Made by a program: the position numbers and the translations under genes. Below are positions 58,032 through 64,000 of a stretch of DNA of 64,000 nucleotides, in pieces. Source of the DNA: Octopus bimaculoides (lineage: Eukaryota). Numbering within the stretch: position 1 is the first letter of the stretch; each line of letters begins with the position of its first letter. The stretch spans positions 108,352,207-108,416,206 of the forward strand of contig NC_068984.1 in NCBI RefSeq assembly GCF_001194135.2, read 5' to 3'. Under the pieces are notes generated by a model that was not told the DNA's origin, searched no databases, and saw only the letters and a list, made by a program, of their open reading frames with translations.

Positions 58032-59970
58032 ATACAACCTAAATATTCTTCCTTGGCAGAAGAAAAAGAAGAGCTTGTTTTATTTATTTATTTTTTTTTT
58101 TTTCTTCACCTTGGTCTCAGGGTTTTTCATCAATGAAAGCTCTACTAAAACAGTTTAAGCTTGTACATTCATGATTATATTCGTCATAAATAGACTGTGG
58201 AAGTGGATACTATCATGTGTGATACTCTCAGCCACTCCTACCTTGCAGTTGAATGGTTAGTAGTAGGATGCATATATTGTTTTTTTTTGTAAGGGTGTGG
58301 TCAATTTATAAATGCTAAATACCCTACTATGCTGACAACAAATGAATGATAAATTATCTTGTGAAAAACCAGAATTAGTGATACAATGTTTGGCATAGAA
58401 AATCTATTTCAAATTTTTAGCTTATGTTATGATTTAAGCAATTGAGGGTATTTTCAGCTTGTTCATTAATATTTGATTTGTTAAAAGCACTCAGCACACA
58501 CTGTAAAGTGGTTGTCATCAAGAAGGGTGTCTTCCTGTAGAAGCCAAGCTAAATCACATTGGAACCTGGTGCAGCTCCCTGGCTTGTCAGCTCTGGTCAA
58601 AACATCCAATGCGTACTTGCATGGGAGATATACGTTAAAAGATGACAATGTTGATGAAGGTCCTAAAATTTAAAATTTTGTTTGTTTTTAATTTGTAGTT
58701 AAATCTCTGTTCAGCATACTTAAATATCATACAAAACTGCTCTTAACTTTTTCGATATTAACCTGCCTGAGAACACCCCTAGTTCTGAAATAAAAGTCAT
58801 TTTTTAAAGTAGTTACAATAAAAACCTTCCATTAACATTTCATGTTAAATTTTTACAAACTCTCTGCTTAATTTTTACAGTTATTTCACTAAATTCTTCC
58901 TTCTTTTCAAAATTAAATGAAACAAAAGCATTAAATATCACATCTGTGAAATGCTCCTATCACAAGTTCCAAGCATCAGTTTGAGCATCATCACCATTTT
59001 TACATTGCTTTTTCCATATTTGGCAGGAATTATGTAGCCTTGTACCGGTGTGATAAGGAGAAACAAAATCAGTATGCCTATTTTACTGCAAACTCCAAAA
59101 CAGGATATAATTTGCAAATTGACATATAAATTAAAGAAAATGTGTTGGCATTTACCTGTACTTCCTATTGTTAACCCATTTGATACCAATGCATCTGAGA
59201 CTGCTCTTGGTTCTATGGTACAAGCTTTTTGTCTTAAAGTAATCTAAGTTAAAATGTTCCATCAAAATTTCCTGTTAATTTATAGACCAAACACCAGCTT
59301 AATCACCATTTTAATGTCTGCTTTTGCATTCTTGTATGGATCAAATGGAATTTTTCGGGTTGGGGCAGATTTTCAATGGCCACATGCCCTTCTTGTCACT
59401 AACCCTAACCTGTTACCAAGCAAAGTAATATTTCCTATGGCCAGACATATTTATCACAGAACACTGGAAACAAACGACATGCTCATTTACAACCACATGT
59501 GATGTGAAGGCAAGGGTACAGACAGACACATGTATTTACGTACATACATATATACAAACAAGAAAATGAGATTACAAGGGAATGAATGATTATCTTATGA
59601 ACTTCATTAGCTTACAGCTGTTTCTGCTATATGATGCAGTCGACTCTTATTTGAGTGCTTGAGTAACCTTATAGCTTCATCAGACCCTCTCAAATATGAA
59701 ATGCAATTTATTTTGGAAAAGAATTACATTCATGCATATATATATATATATATATACTATACATTCTATACTATATATAAAACAGAGATGTGTGTGTAAT
59801 CGCTTTTCACGTGAAATCGACTTCACCAAATGCTTCCATACTTGTAATGCATGAATTATTTGACCTCGGATAAATCTTAGGCTCTTCATTTGATTTTTTA
59901 AATTAAAAATAAATAATATTGCTTTATATTTAAGATTCACTTCTTTAAAAAGGTTCCTCAATGTCAACTT

Positions 59971-60320
59971 CCGGTATTGACGAAACAACCGCAAAAAGCT
60001 TCACTCTCTATTTTGTGTTCGTGTGTATGAGAGAGAGAGTAACTACTACATACACACCGCTCTCTCACTCTGTCTCATACACACGCACACACACACCCCT
60101 TGACTCACTCACACTGTCTCTTACAAACACACACATACATAAATGTATACAAACATATTTACAAAGACGCGTGTGTATGCGCGCGCGCGTGCTCCGGTAT
60201 TGACGTAACAACCGCAAAAACCTTCACTCTATTTTGTGTGTTCGTGTTTATGAGAGAGAGAGAGAGTAAATACTACATACACCCCGCTCTCTCACTCTGT
60301 CTCATACACACGCACACACA
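59971..60320 (+). repeat. 223-bp tandem repeat (1.6 units visible, then an 870-N gap)
   Basis: CCGGTATTGACG.AACAACCGCAAAAA at 59971 and 60194. Confidence 0.85.
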
Positions 60321-62581
60321 NNNNNNNNNNNNNNNNNNNNNNNNNNNNNNNNNNNNNNNNNNNNNNNNNNNNNNNNNNNNNNNNNNNNNNNNNNNNNNNN
60401 NNNNNNNNNNNNNNNNNNNNNNNNNNNNNNNNNNNNNNNNNNNNNNNNNNNNNNNNNNNNNNNNNNNNNNNNNNNNNNNNNNNNNNNNNNNNNNNNNNNN
60501 NNNNNNNNNNNNNNNNNNNNNNNNNNNNNNNNNNNNNNNNNNNNNNNNNNNNNNNNNNNNNNNNNNNNNNNNNNNNNNNNNNNNNNNNNNNNNNNNNNNN
60601 NNNNNNNNNNNNNNNNNNNNNNNNNNNNNNNNNNNNNNNNNNNNNNNNNNNNNNNNNNNNNNNNNNNNNNNNNNNNNNNNNNNNNNNNNNNNNNNNNNNN
60701 NNNNNNNNNNNNNNNNNNNNNNNNNNNNNNNNNNNNNNNNNNNNNNNNNNNNNNNNNNNNNNNNNNNNNNNNNNNNNNNNNNNNNNNNNNNNNNNNNNNN
60801 NNNNNNNNNNNNNNNNNNNNNNNNNNNNNNNNNNNNNNNNNNNNNNNNNNNNNNNNNNNNNNNNNNNNNNNNNNNNNNNNNNNNNNNNNNNNNNNNNNNN
60901 NNNNNNNNNNNNNNNNNNNNNNNNNNNNNNNNNNNNNNNNNNNNNNNNNNNNNNNNNNNNNNNNNNNNNNNNNNNNNNNNNNNNNNNNNNNNNNNNNNNN
61001 NNNNNNNNNNNNNNNNNNNNNNNNNNNNNNNNNNNNNNNNNNNNNNNNNNNNNNNNNNNNNNNNNNNNNNNNNNNNNNNNNNNNNNNNNNNNNNNNNNNN
61101 NNNNNNNNNNNNNNNNNNNNNNNNNNNNNNNNNNNNNNNNNNNNNNNNNNNNNNNNNNNNNNNNNNNNNNNNNNNNNNNNNNNNNNNNNNNATATATATA
61201 TATATATATATATAGCAAGTTTCTTTCAGTTTCCATTTGCCATATCTACTCACAAGGTTTTGATCACCCTGGGGCTATAGTAGAAAGCTGTTGCTAAGGT
61301 GCCATGCAGTGGGACTGAACCCACAACCACATAGTTCGCAAGCAAGCCTCGCCATGCCTGTTCCTTAATAATGCTCTTCCAACAGAAAGGAATTACTGAG
61401 GCTTTGTTTTACAACTGGATACCTTTGCCTATTTTTTCAATTAAGAAATTTACTATTTCATATCTTAGAAGGTGATTTCGATAATTTAACAGAAGTGTTA
61501 ACAGCATCACAACCATTATTTTCAAAATTGAAACAGAAGTAGTGTACTTTGTTTAAGAAAGGAGAGCAAAATAATGTCCTTTTTGGCACAAGATGGCAAA
61601 GAAACTTCCATGTAGTTTACTCAGCGTCTTACAATTAATTTGTCAATTAGCAGAATCATTAGTGTGTTGGATTGCTTTGTGGTAATTACTCTGGCTGTCT
61701 ATGCACTGAGTTCAAATCCTACTGATGTTGACTTCAATTTTCATTCTCTTGAGAACTGATAAAGTCCCAGTCAGATTCTAGGGACCAATTTTCTTTCTGG
61801 CTTGCTCTCACTTGGAAGAAATTGGCTGTAATCAAACATGGAGAGCAATATGTTGTCATGTCCAAAAAATTGCTCAAGCAATACTGTATGTCAGGAACCC
61901 CGCCTACAATTCCATCAAGGAGTTGAGGACCCAAGACAAAGCCAAGCTTTAGAATTAGCAGACAAATCTTGTCATTATCTCCATGTCATCACTAAGATAT
62001 TAGATAATGGAGAATGATGATTGCAATTGAAATACCTTTCATCATATCTGCTTTATCAGGGCTAAATGACTTTTGGCTGCTATTCAGTAAGTATTGCTTT
62101 GTTTTACATTTATTTTTCCATGGGTTAGATTATATTTGGGCTCAGACAGGTGAGGGAACAACAAACGAGGTGTATTAGACACTCAGGGAAAATGTAAAGT
62201 CTTTGACATTTCAAGCCTATGCTCTTTCAACAGAAAGGAATTATTGAGGCTTTGTTTTACAACTTTTCTGTCATTAACCTTTACCTGTTTTTCAATTAAG
62301 GAATTTATTTCATGTCTTAGAAGGTGGTATGGACAATTTAACAGAAGTGTTGACAGCACTACAACCATTTATAAGCAAGTGACTTTCTTAGAACCAAGAT
62401 GTAAGCAAACATTAAATTATGCAAATTTTACATGTTCTTCAGTTTGTTTTTTCTCTTTTTGAATGCTTTCAGATGAAGCTGGGTTAATTTTCAAGGATAT
62501 TCTGTGGAAGCTGGCAGATGCTTGAATTTGAATGTGGCACCGTTTTTCATTATGCTGTGAACTTAGTAGTGGATTATTGCA

Positions 62582-62892
62582 ATGTCTAATTCTATAAATG
62601 GTAGTTACTGGCTGAATGTGCAATCACCAAGAGGAAGTCCTCACCCTACTAGTCAACTGGTGCCCTACACATCTTACCCTCGACAACACATACCAAATCA
62701 TATCACACCTGCCATGCCTTGGCAGGTGACCAGTCCTCTGATGCCGTATGGTGGTCATCCCACCAGTATGTACGGCATGCCTTCTTCCATTGGTCGACGT
62801 GATGGGTCTGTTGGCAGAAGCACTGGAGGCAACATGGTTCCCTATATGAAAAGGAATTTAAATACACCTTCCCCTGGCAATAAGAGCATCAA
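62582..62892 (+). CDS. First coding exon of an unidentified Pro/Ser/Gly-rich protein (MSNSINGSYWLNVQSPRGSP...NTPSPGNKSIK); the exon probably starts at 62473
   Basis: Non-repeat 104-codon ORF; acceptor ttttctctttttgaatgctttcag| at 62472; donor AA|GTAAGT at 62893; in-frame TGA upstream at 62558-62560. Confidence 0.75.
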
Positions 62893-63140
62893 GTAAGTCT
62901 ACCTTTATGCCGTTTTAATGCCTTACTTTACCTTTTTATAAATGTTTTGTTTATGTGATGCTCAAGTTTTTGTATACTTACACTGAATGCATAGGTGAAA
63001 GCAGGGTATTGTAATCACTTGTCTTTGTGTGTTTGCAAAATTACTGGAAAATGGCTGAACAGATTTTCACCACATTTGGCTAAAATACTCATTGGGTGAG
63101 TGGCTCAAAATGATGAACATTTGGTTTGATATTTAAAAAA

Positions 63141-63640
63141 AATCAAACTTACAAATTTAAATGATAAGTAGGAGAGCATATTATTTTATTCACTTTTTCA
63201 TATGAATCAACCCTCATCTGCATGTGTATAGATGCTGGTGTACTTATGCAAGTAGACATGTGTGAGTACATACAGACATGTGACTGTGTACACTGATGGA
63301 TTCGAGGGCTTCGTTTATTTATGACTTGGTTTCTTAATTTTACTGGAGTATAAATACATATAATGGTGATACTTAGGAAAAAAAATGTCTTTTTGTAATC
63401 GAACTTACAAATTTACCAATGGGCATGTGGTCATATTATTTTGTTCACTTTTTCAAATGAATTGACCCTCATTTGCGTGCCTATGCATGTAGACATGTAT
63501 TTACATACATAAATACATAGGTGTGCTACTGTGTGTGTGTGTGTGTACACTGGATTCAAGGATTTCATTTTTTTACGACTTGATTTCTTAATTTCACTGG
63601 AGTATAAATGCCTAAAATGGTGATGCTTAAGAAAGAAAAA
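63141..63640 (+). repeat. Diverged tandem duplication, period about 256 bp
   Basis: AATC(A/G)AACTTACAAATTT at 63141 and 63397, followed by collinear blocks such as TCTTAATTT.ACTGGAGTATAAAT. Confidence 0.8.
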
Positions 63641-63835
63641 AAAATTCAGTTCAATTAAAAAGCATGGGTAAGCAACACATTGTAAGCCACACTATAATTT
63701 GCGAACAAATTTATCTCCATGCAGGGTATGCATCACCCCCTCCGATGCCTTTTGTTTTTTCATACTTACAGTTTGTGATACACTGGTCCCAAAATTGCAA
63801 AAAAAATTTTTCTGTTTTACTCTAATTATTTAAAG

Positions 63836-63953
63836 GAGGCAACTTGAGGATGAACAGCTAAGTGATCAAAAGCGCCAAAGGCTTGGTGTTGATAACGAGT
63901 TGAAAGGAGTTTATTTTGGTTCTCCACGTCAAATGGAAATAAATGGAGATAAG
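63836..63953 (+). CDS. Next coding exon of the same gene (K|RQLEDEQLSDQKRQRLGVDNELKGVYFGSPRQMEINGDK)
   Basis: Found by reading; acceptor ttatttaaag|, donor AAG|GTAAAA; open only in the phase the previous exon requires (phase 2). Confidence 0.75.
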
Positions 63954-64000
63954 GTAAAAAGATTTTTGTTTTTTAACATCTTCTCATATTATAGTTGTGG

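Noticed and set aside
60100-61253. 300+ aa ORFs
   Set aside because: They are N-gap and microsatellite artefacts.

Overview
AT-rich, microsatellite- and SINE-dense animal genomic DNA with 8 N-gaps. The repeat content points to an octopus/coleoid cephalopod, which is an inference. The main gene is UPF1 (RENT1, the core NMD helicase) on the minus strand. I traced 12 coding exons by hand from the ATG at 53318 to 352, all with GT-AG boundaries and consistent phases (1920 nt, 640 codons), and the gene runs off the left edge. Intron 1 is about 28.9 kb. A second gene starts head-to-head on the plus strand, less than 1 kb away. It has a putative 5' exon ending at 54202 and coding exons at 62582-62892 and 63836-63953, which encode an unidentified Pro/Ser-rich protein with a bipartite-NLS-like motif. 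The introns hold a deleted Gypsy LTR element, a long-TIR Tc1, two mariners, a hAT relic, RTE-type LINE fragments, several tRNA-derived SINE families and TTAA-flanked MITEs. The most striking unexplained structure is a ~1.4-kb diverged palindrome (9906-11296, 12-nt loop) that ends about 150 nt upstream of UPF1 exon 7. Also notable are uORF-rich leaders on both divergent genes and two unusual substitutions at normally conserved UPF1 positions. No prokaryotic-type systems, CRISPR arrays, or true tRNA/rRNA genes were found.
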